DNA of 64,000 bases from a virus. The stretch is taken from IMG/VR virus record IMGVR_UViG_3300044692_000034, positions 64,001 through 128,000 of that record. One strand, given 5' to 3'. Of this stretch, positions 27,517 to 36,868 are shown one piece after another. A program made the translations under genes and the position numbers. How positions within the stretch are numbered: the first letter of the stretch is position 1; each line of letters starts with the position of its first letter. The notes beneath the pieces were generated by a model. That model had not been told where the DNA came from, did no database searches, and was given only the letters and a program-made list of their open reading frames with translations.

Positions 27517-27989
27517 CAGACAGCTAGTGAGTCCTGGCCTGCCACATCGCCCTTCTCGCGATGGTTGCTCGGGCGGCCCATCCACTGCCGGATGGTTCCG
27601 ATCTTCGGCCACCGGTGGTTGGCCAGAAGGAAGTCGTCGAGCTTCGCGAAGAACGCTTCGCGCTTCTCCGGGTCGGACGTGAGTTCCTTGTCCTGCGCCG
27701 GCTCGGTAAGCGCGTGCCACGGCGCGTCGAACTCCAGCGCCGCCTCAGTGAGCCCCGTCGACGACCAGAACGCGGCGACGGCCTCGGCCTCGGCCAGCCG
27801 TTGCAGGCGCGTCACCGACCCCTGCACCGGGATGTCGAACATCTCGGCCATCTGCTCACGCGTGTACGAGCTGCCAAGCCGGTAGACGGCGTCGACGATC
27901 AGCAGGAGCATGCGCGTTGGCACGGCGTCCGACTGCTTGATCAGTCCGAGCTGCTGAAAACTCGTGTACTTGCTTCTGTAGCGGCTCAT
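27516..27989 (-). CDS. hypothetical protein (HTH-like)
   Basis: Coupled start; YTREQMAEMFDIP..SVTRL. Confidence 0.55.
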   Translation of the reverse strand: MSRYRSKYTSFQQLGLIKQSDAVPTRMLLLIVDAVYRLGSSYTREQMAEMFDIPVQGSVTRLQRLAEAEAVAAFWSSTGLTEAALEFDAPWHALTEPAQDKELTSDPEKREAFFAKLDDFLLANHRWPKIGTIRQWMGRPSNHREKGDVAGQDSLAV

Positions 27990-28204
27990 TACTCCTCCTT
28001 CGGAGCGGTCGGCAACGCGCTCCGGATTCTGTCCAATTCCCTCATCTCGTTCCGGTAGCTCTCGTGGGCCGCCTCCCTGGCCCGCTTGATCTCCCGTATC
28101 GCCCTACGCCACGTCTTCTTGTCTTCTTTGCTCGCGCTGCTGTCAATGAGCCCAACGATCCAGTCCAACTCGTTAGGTGTCAGCTCTGCGCGCGCTACAG
28201 CCAT
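27989..28204 (-). CDS. hypothetical protein
   Basis: TGATG/TAATG coupling with neighbours. Confidence 0.55.
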   Translation of the reverse strand: MAVARAELTPNELDWIVGLIDSSASKEDKKTWRRAIREIKRAREAAHESYRNEMRELDRIRSALPTAPKEE

Positions 28205-28488
28205 CAGCAGTCCAACCGTTCGACGCCGACGGCAAAGATGGCTCGCTCGGCTTCGAGCGCCGCTGCGTCAGCGACAAACTCGGCCGAGCAGCCCGGGTTC
28301 TGAATGGCGTTGAGGGTCGCCATACGAACCCTCGAACGGATCTGGCCGACCGCATTGCTGCCCAGCGCGTAGCGCCGGGCCGGCTTCGCACCGGGTCCCA
28401 GGAGCGAAGCGCGAACGAGATCGGCCTGTGTCGTAGACGACACGGATCCGGACGTATGAGATTGAGAACCACCAGTAAGATCCGGCAC
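28204..28488 (-). CDS. hypothetical protein
   Basis: GGGAGG RBS; coupled stop. Confidence 0.45.
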   Translation of the reverse strand: MPDLTGGSQSHTSGSVSSTTQADLVRASLLGPGAKPARRYALGSNAVGQIRSRVRMATLNAIQNPGCSAEFVADAAALEAERAIFAVGVERLDC

Positions 28489-28750
28489 AACGCCTCCCTC
28501 ATAGGCGTTCGTTAGGACGGTCGCTCAGTCGTATGGACCCCGGCTGAGCAGAGAGCACAGCGTATACCCGCCCGGCGCGAGCATGTTGGGGCGTCTCGCC
28601 GAAGTGTCTGGCGCGGCGCCCTAACTTGCCGCTCTACATGAGAGACCCGGCCGCATACCCGCCAAATGCAGGCGGTCTGCGGGTTTTGAGAGTGTCGTCA
28701 ACTACCCGTTTGGTAGCCGTGCTGACACTCTTCCGGACCTCTCGGCCCGC

Positions 28751-29335
28751 TTAGTCCAACGGACCTTTACCGTTGCCCTCGGCGAGCACCTTTTCCATCT
28801 TGGCCCTCATGTTGTCGAGGAGCCGGCCGGCGCCGCTCGTGTTGCCCGCCGCAAGCATGCGGTCGAACTCGCGCATCACCGCGTCTTCGCCGGTGCCGAG
28901 GTACTCGACGAAGATCGGGGTCAGCTCGGCGCTGACCTTCCACTCCTCGATGTTGCGGGTGTCGTCGTCGCGCCACTCGCCGATCGGCGTCTTGATGTAG
29001 CGTGAGACCTGGCAGAGCGCCGACACCCGGACGCGGCTACGCGGGTCGATGAGGCCGCCACGCAACGGGACCTGAGCACCACGCATCGCAACACGCGTCG
29101 TGACCGTCTCGTTCGGGCCGACGAGGTTGTTGACGGTGATCTCCGGGTCGCCGTCGAGAACGCCGTTCTCGAAGAGCTGCTGCTGCGTCAGGTCCTGCTC
29201 GTGCGCGCCGTTGGCCGCAGCCGCCGCGCGCTCCGCAATCGTCAGCGGCTTGCCCTTCGGCTTCTCGTCCTCGCCGACCAGCTCACTGCGCGGCGTCTCC
29301 TTCTGCCCACTCTTGTTCGTTGTTTGGTCGCTCAT
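28751..29335 (-). CDS. hypothetical protein
   Basis: GGAGG RBS; strong codon bias. Confidence 0.7.
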   Translation of the reverse strand: MSDQTTNKSGQKETPRSELVGEDEKPKGKPLTIAERAAAAANGAHEQDLTQQQLFENGVLDGDPEITVNNLVGPNETVTTRVAMRGAQVPLRGGLIDPRSRVRVSALCQVSRYIKTPIGEWRDDDTRNIEEWKVSAELTPIFVEYLGTGEDAVMREFDRMLAAGNTSGAGRLLDNMRAKMEKVLAEGNGKGPLD

Positions 29336-29627
29336 CCGATCCTCCCGTCAACGCCGACACCACGATGTCGACCAGTTTCATGTAGTGCTTGCCTGACCGC
29401 TCAAACCGCACATCGAGAAACCCGGGGTTGTCGACTGCGATCCCGCTGCGCTTGATGTCATACTCGCACAGCGCCCTCGCGGCAGCCTCAAGGCGGTCCT
29501 TGGTGAGCGGCAGGGTACTGCCGCCTTCCTCTTGCTGCTGCCGGACCTGCTCTTCTTGCCGCTTCTCGTCCTCCCGCACGAAGTCTTCGAACAGGTTGCC
29601 CCAGCCTGTGTCAAGTGGCCCCGCCAT
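29283..29627 (-). CDS. hypothetical protein
   Basis: AAGGA RBS; ORF in the gene array. Confidence 0.5.
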   Translation of the reverse strand: MAGPLDTGWGNLFEDFVREDEKRQEEQVRQQQEEGGSTLPLTKDRLEAAARALCEYDIKRSGIAVDNPGFLDVRFERSGKHYMKLVDIVVSALTGGSDERPNNEQEWAEGDAAQ

Positions 29628-30090
29628 CTGTTCCTTCCGTGTCGTAGTACCGCTCAAGGTACAGGACCCTGTCATCGTGGCCGTCGAGAAGTTCGAAGAA
29701 CGTGCGTGGTAGCTCCGTCACGCGCACCTTCCTGTTGTGCCGCTCATGATTGTCGTGGCAGCCACGGCACAGCGGTATGACGTTGCGCCACTCCAACTCA
29801 AGGCTGAGGAAGTGCTGTACCGGCAAGATGTGATGCGGGTCAATCCATGACGGGCTGCCGCACACGACACAGCAGCCCTCGGTTGCCGCGTACGCCAGTT
29901 CTTTCACCGCATCTGGTAGCGGGTCGCGGCGGTTGCTGTTCGCCACAGCGCGTTGTTTAAACTCACGCACCTTGCCGGCGTCAGCCTTGAGCGGCTTGTC
30001 ACCCGGCTTAAGCCCTGACGTCCGCTTGAGCCCCTTCTCAGGGTCGCGTTTGAGCGGCTTGTCCCCCCGCCGTAGCTGCGACCGTTTCAA
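29611..30090 (-). CDS. HNH endonuclease
   Basis: CVVCG...DPHHILP...NVIPLCRGCHDNH; basic repeated N-terminus. Confidence 0.8.
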   Translation of the reverse strand: MKRSQLRRGDKPLKRDPEKGLKRTSGLKPGDKPLKADAGKVREFKQRAVANSNRRDPLPDAVKELAYAATEGCCVVCGSPSWIDPHHILPVQHFLSLELEWRNVIPLCRGCHDNHERHNRKVRVTELPRTFFELLDGHDDRVLYLERYYDTEGTDGGAT

Positions 30091-30614
30091 AAGAGCCGCG
30101 TGGGGTCTAGCTCGATGTCGAACTTCTGTTCCAGCTTGCGGACGTCGTCGGCGATCGCGAGGTTGTAGACGGGCACGCCGTAGTGCCGGCACAGCCGCAT
30201 CGACTGCGCGGTGCCGCCGGTCTCGCGGCCGTTGGGCGTCCAGCACACTTGCATGTCAACAGGCTCGTTGCAGTTGCGGCCGAGCACCTGATGCGTATTC
30301 CTCGCCATGAGCAGCTGACCCGTACTCCCGAGCCGGTCCCACGCAGGATGGAACTTGCGCGCCAGCATCATCGCTAGCGGCGTCGGATAGTTGTAAACCT
30401 TCGCGGCCAGCAACGGCACGTTCTTGTTGAACGACATGAACGGTAGATAGACCGTCGCGTGCGTACCAGCGCCCTTCTCGAACGCCTGGTCCATGCCGGC
30501 GGCGTGCCCGCTGTAGCACTCCCACGACAGGCTCGCGAGATGCTGCGCGAGCCTGTACGCCATCTGCATGACCTCGACCGGCGAACGTCGCGACCCTACG
30601 CCTGCATAAACCAT
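30087..30614 (-). CDS. DprA/SLOG-like phage protein
   Basis: YAGVGSR, SGHAAGMD.AFE.GA, MARN..QVLG, GGTAQ...VPVYNL. Confidence 0.8.
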   Translation of the reverse strand: MVYAGVGSRRSPVEVMQMAYRLAQHLASLSWECYSGHAAGMDQAFEKGAGTHATVYLPFMSFNKNVPLLAAKVYNYPTPLAMMLARKFHPAWDRLGSTGQLLMARNTHQVLGRNCNEPVDMQVCWTPNGRETGGTAQSMRLCRHYGVPVYNLAIADDVRKLEQKFDIELDPTRLF

Positions 30615-30656
30615 TTGATCCTATGCCTTCATGTTTGCTGCTACCGCCGGCTGCAT

Positions 30657-31268
30657 CTACTCTCCGTCGTCGCACACCATGCCCGAACCGTACACGCTCG
30701 TATACGTTCGCCAGTCAACCCACGCGTCGCCGACCCAGAAGCCCCACACGCGAGCCGCCCGACCAGTCACGACCAGCGTCCATGCGCCCTCGGCGCGTGT
30801 CCTTGTGATGTGGGCGTGCTCGGCCTTGCGGTACCTGATGCATGGCGCTCGCATGATCTCGACCGTGTAGCCGGAGCCGTTGCACTTCGGGCAGTTGAGC
30901 CACGGGCCGCCTCCGTTCACGGCTCCGGGGCGCATGCACTCGCACGTGGTGAGGTCTTCGTACATGCCGCGCAGCACAACCGTGACGAACGGCCATGGGT
31001 GGTCGTGCGTGTCGCGGTCGTGCGAGTTCGGCAAGAAGCGGTGGAGCATGACCTTGTGCGAATGCGTCGACGTTGACCCGTCCGGCAGCGTCACGGCCTC
31101 GCGGCTTGTCGTGAACAGCATCCACCGCAGCAGCACCGGGCACGCTGCGTCGCCGATGACCTCGGGGTTGTGCCACCACCGCGCGACCCTCGGCGCCACG
31201 TAGCTGACCAGCGAAGCCAACGCCGTTGCCAGCCACGCCACACCCCACACCTTCAAGTGCTTCCGCAC
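30657..31268 (-). CDS. cupin-fold (cysteine-dioxygenase-like) phage protein
   Basis: LHRF...HDHPWPFVTVVLRGMY.....H.....WTLVVTG...WGF. Confidence 0.75.
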   Translation of the reverse strand: MRKHLKVWGVAWLATALASLVSYVAPRVARWWHNPEVIGDAACPVLLRWMLFTTSREAVTLPDGSTSTHSHKVMLHRFLPNSHDRDTHDHPWPFVTVVLRGMYEDLTTCECMRPGAVNGGGPWLNCPKCNGSGYTVEIMRAPCIRYRKAEHAHITRTRAEGAWTLVVTGRAARVWGFWVGDAWVDWRTYTSVYGSGMVCDDGE

Positions 31269-31272
31269 AGTG

Positions 31273-32352
31273 CTACTCCTCGTCGCTTACAGGCTCATCT
31301 TGCCGGCGCTCAGATGCGCCCATCCACACCCTGGACCCGAGGGACTTGTCCCAGTCGGAGAACTCCTGCGTGGCCGGCGTCTTCGACTCCACGCGGTCGA
31401 AGGAGCCGAGCCTACCACCAAGGTTGTCGACGAAGTGGACGAGGGTGGCAGCGCGTGTCGCCGGCGCCACACTCGCGCCGTGCTCAACCCTGCCGTGGTG
31501 CGAGCAGATGATGTGCAGCAGCTCATCAAACAGTGCGTTGTCGTCAAAGTCTTCTGAGATCTGCTCGATACATGACGAGACCAGGTGGAACGTGAGCGGC
31601 AGCTCCCCGAAGAGCATGCCGTGTGTCGTCATGCTCACCGTGTAGCCGTCGAGCGCGTACACGTTGATCTTGCCGATGTCGTGCAGGAGCGCGCCCGCGA
31701 GAGCCAAGTCGTAGTTGATCTCACCCGGGAAGTTGCCGGCCATGAGACGTACCCCCTCGGCCACCGTCACAGTGTGTTCGAGCAGACCATGCTTGTACGC
31801 CTGGTGGACCTTGAGCGCAGCCGGCGCATCGACGAACCGCTCGTACGTCTCGTCGTCGTTGAAGATCATCGTGAGCAACGAGACGATCGGCGGGCTCGTG
31901 ACCGTCTTGAGCAACGCATCGAGCCGGGCGCATAGGCTCGCCACGGAGTCCTGCGGCCCCTGCACGAGATCGACGATATTGTACTCGTCGTCCTTCGCAG
32001 CCCTAACGTGGAGCTGCCCGTTCGTCATGTTCGGGATGAGCCGTGGCCCGAACTGCTCGTGCACCTCGACGCGGCCTTGCGCACGGAGTATGTCGCCGTT
32101 CTTGACACCGCTCATGCGCTCGACGTCGTCCCATGCGACCATCTCGATCTCACTCGTGCGGTCGGAGAGCATGAACACGATGTACGGGACGCCGTCCTTC
32201 TTCTGCTTGTTCTCGACCTTCGAGACGACGAATGCTTGGTCGATGGCGTCGCCGGCGGTCATCTCGCGTACCGGCTTGCGGCGTTCGATGTACGACAGCT
32301 CGGTAACGGCTGGCGTTTCGGGTTCTGCCACTTCTGTGGTCACGTCCGTCAT
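31273..32352 (-). CDS. yhaM: YhaM/Cbf1-like 3'-5' exo(ribo)nuclease (OB + HD)
   Basis: N-terminal OB fold; APAA..VHQAY.HGLLEHT, LLHDIGK, HIICSHHG..EHGA. Confidence 0.9.
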   Translation of the reverse strand: MTDVTTEVAEPETPAVTELSYIERRKPVREMTAGDAIDQAFVVSKVENKQKKDGVPYIVFMLSDRTSEIEMVAWDDVERMSGVKNGDILRAQGRVEVHEQFGPRLIPNMTNGQLHVRAAKDDEYNIVDLVQGPQDSVASLCARLDALLKTVTSPPIVSLLTMIFNDDETYERFVDAPAALKVHQAYKHGLLEHTVTVAEGVRLMAGNFPGEINYDLALAGALLHDIGKINVYALDGYTVSMTTHGMLFGELPLTFHLVSSCIEQISEDFDDNALFDELLHIICSHHGRVEHGASVAPATRAATLVHFVDNLGGRLGSFDRVESKTPATQEFSDWDKSLGSRVWMGASERRQDEPVSDEE

Positions 32353-33599
32353 ATGCTGTCGACCCTTTCTGCGACCTCTTCGAACGCGGCCGTCAGCTCC
32401 GCGTCGGCAGCGTCGTTCTCTTCCTTTGACAGAGGGCCACGGTCGGAGTCGTCAGGCACCCAAATGCCGAACGTCTTGCCGTTGCCGGTCGCGTTGTTCC
32501 GGAACCGCAGCTCCATGCGACCCTTCGCGTTCTTGACCGGGATGGGGCCGTGAGCGGTCACCCACGCCTTGAGCGCACCATGCAACTGGTTCTTCACGTA
32601 TGTTGACTGGACGTACTCGGCGGCTGCTGCCTTGGCCTCCGGTAGCGTCCCTATGCCGCCCTCGAAGACTCTGTCGACGGCGTTGAGCGGGCAGCGCGTC
32701 GGCGCCGAGCAGTAGCCGCAATGGTGCCCAGGAGACGGCGAGAAGATCTCGCTCTTGCTGCCGCCCATGAGCGCACGATCCAGAAGCTCCACCAGCATGG
32801 TCATCTCCTCTCGGAGCGACTCCATGTCAGAGCGGCGAACCATTCCATACCGTGCGACGCCTTCGAACGGGTAGAACTCTCGCAGCTCCACGAACTGCGC
32901 GCTCGGGTACGTCTCCAACGCGAGGAGTCCGTAGAACCGCTGCTGGAAGTACCCGTGGTACGACAGGTGGTCCGGGTCGTCCCAGTGGTCACCCTTGTTC
33001 TGATCCGGGTGGTCACGCGGCGGTCCCTCCGGGGGAGCCTTTCGCGTCGTCTTCCAGTCGAGGATGGTTAGGCCGGGAACGCTGCGTTGCGCGTTGACGG
33101 GCGCGCCGAGGATGGCGTCGGGCTGGCCCGTGATCTGCCTGTTGATGACCTCACCGGTCGTCGGATGCGGATATGACACCGCCGTCGCGAGTCGTCGCTC
33201 CACGGCGATGAGCCGGCGCATACCGAACGTGTTCTCGTGACAGAACTTGATCATGACGATGCGGAGCACGCGGCGCTCACGCGCGCTCGGCAGCACGACC
33301 TCGTCGTCAGGGACGTCGCGTTGCCGACAGACCTCATACAAGATCCGCAGCCCCTCGCCGACCGGCATCTTGACGATCTTGTGGGCGCGCATGTACCGCA
33401 ACACCTGCGCAGCGGCACGATGGAACAAGATGCCTCGGGCCTGCGCGTCGTTGGTGTACTTGCCGCCGCCCTCGAGCCCGAACAACGCGCTGAGCGTGCA
33501 GTCGTCAAAGTTGGCCATGAGCGACTGCCGGTAGTCGGGGTACGCCTCGATGACCTCCGGCAGGGTGCGTGCCGGCAGCGTCCTCTTACGCCTGCCCAT
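32349..33599 (-). CDS. PD-(D/E)XK RecB/Cas4-like exonuclease
   Basis: VERRL, GQPD, ILDWKT, QQRFYGL, C-terminal HCGYC.....C; adjacent to the recombinase. Confidence 0.8.
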   Translation of the reverse strand: MGRRKRTLPARTLPEVIEAYPDYRQSLMANFDDCTLSALFGLEGGGKYTNDAQARGILFHRAAAQVLRYMRAHKIVKMPVGEGLRILYEVCRQRDVPDDEVVLPSARERRVLRIVMIKFCHENTFGMRRLIAVERRLATAVSYPHPTTGEVINRQITGQPDAILGAPVNAQRSVPGLTILDWKTTRKAPPEGPPRDHPDQNKGDHWDDPDHLSYHGYFQQRFYGLLALETYPSAQFVELREFYPFEGVARYGMVRRSDMESLREEMTMLVELLDRALMGGSKSEIFSPSPGHHCGYCSAPTRCPLNAVDRVFEGGIGTLPEAKAAAAEYVQSTYVKNQLHGALKAWVTAHGPIPVKNAKGRMELRFRNNATGNGKTFGIWVPDDSDRGPLSKEENDAADAELTAAFEEVAERVDSI

Positions 33600-34722
33600 C
33601 GCCCACCAGCTTCGCGCGCTCCTCCAGGTATTCCGCCTTTGCTGCGTCGAAGCGCTCGCGCAGCTCCTTGCCGGACTTCCGGGCCGCCTCGATGGCCTCC
33701 TTGTCGTCCTCGCCGGTGGCGGTGTCGAGCGCCGCCGTGATCGACGCCGCCTCGGTCATGAAGTCGGTGTGCTTGGTGTGCCACTCGGCGTCGAGCGCCG
33801 CAACCTTCTTGTCATTCTCGAAGTCGTCGAGGTCGGCCGTGGCGGACTCGACCCACGTATCGATGGCGTCCTGCGACGCGCCGCTGACGATCAACTCCAC
33901 CGTGAAGTAGTCGAAGCCGCCGAAGTCCAGCTCCCTGGCGCGGTCGACGATGGCGAGCACCTCGGGCGGGAGCGTCGAGTTCTTGCGGGCCTCGTCGGCG
34001 CCGATCTCCTCGTACTCCGCATCCGTCGAGTTGATCGTCTCGTCCTCTCCCTCGACGATGATGCCGCCGAGCGGAGTCGCCTGCCTGGCCGCCTGCCGCT
34101 CCGCAGCCGCGAGCAGCATGACCGACTTCTGCTTGGACCACGGGGAGTACGACGACGCGTCGGTCGGTTCGTACTGGTCGAGGTACGCGAGGAAGAACCC
34201 CTTCTGCCGGCCCGTCTTCGGGTCCCACACCTCGGCCCACGAGGCGACCATTGGGCCGCGCTTGCTCGGGTGCGCGTAGACGTGCCTGACCTTGCTCGTG
34301 CGGTCGGGCTCGTGCGTGACGGCGAACTGGTCGTTCTCGTGGATGACGTCGCCGCGCATGTCCATGCGGTTGCGCTGGACGATCTTCCGGAGGCCGTCAC
34401 GGCCGACCATGATGAGCAGCTTGCCGGGATTGCCGTTGCGCCCGTTCGACTTGGTGAACCAGATCTCGGACGTGTACGGGTCGAGCCCGTAAGCGAACGC
34501 CAGCTCCAGTGCGCTGGCCAGCTCGTTGTCATCGAGCTTGTCGGCCTTCGAGCGGAGCAGGGCCTTCTGCGTCTCCGGCAGGCTCGACCAGATCGTCTGC
34601 CTGGTCGCGAACTGCCGCTCCTGGCGGCGCTCGGAGACGACCAACTCCCCGCGCTCCACCGGCGGAGGGACAATGAACCCCTCGTCCCTCTCCGTCTTGT
34701 CCTTCGCCTTTGTCTCCGGCAT
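33586..34722 (-). CDS. Bet/RecT-family single-strand annealing recombinase
   Basis: YGLDPYTSEIWF, MVGRDGLRKI, PW.KQ...ML...AERQAARQA. Confidence 0.85.
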   Translation of the reverse strand: MPETKAKDKTERDEGFIVPPPVERGELVVSERRQERQFATRQTIWSSLPETQKALLRSKADKLDDNELASALELAFAYGLDPYTSEIWFTKSNGRNGNPGKLLIMVGRDGLRKIVQRNRMDMRGDVIHENDQFAVTHEPDRTSKVRHVYAHPSKRGPMVASWAEVWDPKTGRQKGFFLAYLDQYEPTDASSYSPWSKQKSVMLLAAAERQAARQATPLGGIIVEGEDETINSTDAEYEEIGADEARKNSTLPPEVLAIVDRARELDFGGFDYFTVELIVSGASQDAIDTWVESATADLDDFENDKKVAALDAEWHTKHTDFMTEAASITAALDTATGEDDKEAIEAARKSGKELRERFDAAKAEYLEERAKLVGDGQA

Positions 34723-34801
34723 GCCTGCTCTCCCAACTAGACGACAATCGGTTGTTGGGAACACGCTACAAGCCGCACCGGCGGCAAAACTGCCGAACAG
34801 G

Positions 34802-34963
34802 CTACCTCCCTACGACAAGCAGCTCAGTGCCGCACGCGTCGCAGGTGACCTGCTCCCCGTTGCTCACATCGCCCTCTACTTCGAACACCTCTCCGCACGC
34901 CTGGCAATTCAAGCGCGACCAGTGGCCTTCGTACTGCGCGTCTGCCATGAGCGACTCATCCAT
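34802..34963 (-). CDS. 53-aa LysW-like zinc-ribbon protein (absent from the ORF track)
   Basis: Translated by hand: MDESLMADAQYEGHWSRLNCQACGEVFEVEGDVSNGEQVTCDACGTELLVVGR. Confidence 0.6.
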   Translation of the reverse strand: MDESLMADAQYEGHWSRLNCQACGEVFEVEGDVSNGEQVTCDACGTELLVVGR

Positions 34964-35696
34964 GACACGACATTAGCTGAGCTGCGCCTTCGAGAAGGCG
35001 TCGCTCTCATCGCGGTGCCTCGGCAGTCGGACGAACCTGAGTGCCATTGAGACGGTGCTTCGAGCTAAAGGCGTCCTCTGTGAACCCAGTGAGTCGGCGC
35101 AGCTCAGCCCGGCGGCACGGTACCAAGACAGCGACGCGGCCCGTAGAGGAGGAGAGGATCCCGGGCCGCGTCGCGTACTCCCCCGCGCACGATTCGGAAG
35201 AGCACGCCGCAGGCTAACCACGCACGAACACGCATCAGCCGACACCTAGCCGAACGGCCGGCAACAAGAAGACGCGGCAGAACTGGAGCCCAGACGAGTT
35301 ATGCGCGTCCTCGTTGATATGGGGGCTACAGCTCTACCGCGCCGCGTGAGCCTACAGCAGCCGTTGCCTCAACTGCTCTGCGGTGGAATCTTGTTTGAAC
35401 CATTTGCAGCTAGCTTCCGAACTGCTTTAGGTGGTGTTCAGATGCTGGGGGGTGAGGGGACGAGCGGACTTCGGGAGATAGCGGACATTCAATCCCCCAC
35501 CCCCCTTCCCCCCGCCCCCATGAGTCAAAAATGGTGTGCGGAGAACGAGTTAGCGTGGCCCCTTTGACGGGCGAAGCGGCGACGGTGAGTTTCGTGCGAG
35601 GTTGCCGGCCTGTGATGCACGAACTGAGTCGTCCGCACGGTAAGCCGATGCATCTGTTAGGCTTACCGCGTCTGGTGTTGAGCGCGGCAGACCTTA

Positions 35697-35736
35697 CACG
35701 ACCCCCGGAACGCCAACCGGGGGTCGTGCTCTTTCT
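35697..35736 (+). terminator. hairpin with pyrimidine tail upstream of the plus-strand genes
   Basis: Perfect 12-bp inverted repeat CACGACCCCCGG/CCGGGGGTCGTG followed by CTCTTTCT. Confidence 0.5.
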
Positions 35737-35794
35737 GGCCGTCATCCTATTCATGTACGCTGCCGCCGTAAGGCCCCATCAACGGAGGTTCAGC

Positions 35795-36133
35795 ATGTCT
35801 CAGCGCCGCCACTTCTGGAACGGCGACACCACGGACCCGGCGCCCGCCCCCGCGCCGAGCCCCGCTCCCACGCCCACCCCGGCGCCGCCGGCCACCATCT
35901 TCGGTCTCACGCTGCCGGCAGGGTGGGTACAGACGGACCACAACTCGTTCACCAAGCCCAACTCGGGTGTGAGCGCCATGACCACCATCGACGGATGGAT
36001 CTTCACGAACATCGCGTACGTCGAAGCAGCAACGTTCTGGGGGCAGATGTCGTCGCAGCCCGGCTACAGCAGCCTGCCGCCCGTGACCAGCGTCTCGACC
36101 ACCGTCACCGTCACCGGCAACGTGGGCGGATAG
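35795..36133 (+). CDS. hypothetical protein (Pro/Ala-rich N-terminus)
   Basis: GGAGG RBS before the ATG at 35795; high GC3. Confidence 0.65.
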   Translation: MSQRRHFWNGDTTDPAPAPAPSPAPTPTPAPPATIFGLTLPAGWVQTDHNSFTKPNSGVSAMTTIDGWIFTNIAYVEAATFWGQMSSQPGYSSLPPVTSVSTTVTVTGNVGG

Positions 36134-36143
36134 GCTCCCGCCC

Positions 36144-36617
36144 ATGTACAAAACCATTCGCCGCGCGCTCGCGGCGCTACTCCCCCTGGCGGCCGTGCTC
36201 GCCCTGCACAGCTCGTCCGCGCTCGCGTGCACATCGAGCACGCCCACACCGCCGACGCCGTGGCCGGACAACCCCGCCACGACGTACACCGACGCGAACA
36301 CGCACGCGATCGTCTGCTCGACGACGAGCCTGCACATGGGCGACGCCGAGTGGACCCTCGCGAACCTCACGTACGGCGACTGGTGCAGCCGCCGCGAGCA
36401 GTGCCCCATCGACGGCACCGACGCGTGGGTCGGGTCGTGGGACACGCGCCCGCTCAAGCCCGTCCCCGGCCAGCCACGCGAGGTCTTCGCCGAGGTCTTC
36501 TGGTACAACACGACCTGGCGGCAAGCCTGCGAGTACGAAGGCGTCCTCCAAGGCGTCGACGTGAGCATGACCCTGGAGGCCGGCACCGGCCTCTGGGACG
36601 GTTGCTTCAGCTACTAG
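36144..36617 (+). CDS. secreted or lipoprotein-like Cys/Trp-rich hypothetical protein
   Basis: Signal peptide ending ALA-C; high GC3. Confidence 0.7.
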   Translation: MYKTIRRALAALLPLAAVLALHSSSALACTSSTPTPPTPWPDNPATTYTDANTHAIVCSTTSLHMGDAEWTLANLTYGDWCSRREQCPIDGTDAWVGSWDTRPLKPVPGQPREVFAEVFWYNTTWRQACEYEGVLQGVDVSMTLEAGTGLWDGCFSY

Positions 36618-36663
36618 CGCTTGCGTGGTCCCCGGCTCGTGCGCTGGGGACCACGCGCTCAGC

Positions 36664-36864
36664 CTAGAAGACCTCGTGCTCGTCCCAGTTGGGGTCTGTG
36701 AAGTCGCTAGGCGGCTCGATGTGCACGATCGTCCCGTTGATCGACAGCACATCTCCAGGCTTGAGGCGGACGCCTCCTACCCACGCCGCCGTCCCACGGT
36801 CCGTCACCTTCTTATACGTGATTGACTGCCCCGTCACGTCCTTGTCGTTGACTGTGACGGTCAT
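36664..36864 (-). CDS. hypothetical protein
   Basis: ATG 4 nt after the upstream stop. Confidence 0.5.
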   Translation of the reverse strand: MTVTVNDKDVTGQSITYKKVTDRGTAAWVGGVRLKPGDVLSINGTIVHIEPPSDFTDPNWDEHEVF

Positions 36865-36868
36865 GGGC

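Noticed and set aside
24697-30090. Restriction-modification system (methyltransferases + HNH)
   Set aside because: The HNH is a small, generic phage type several genes away. Orphan methyltransferases are more likely.
32349-33599. Cas4 / CRISPR system
   Set aside because: No repeat-spacer array or other cas genes were seen. The context beside Bet/RecT indicates a phage recombination exonuclease.
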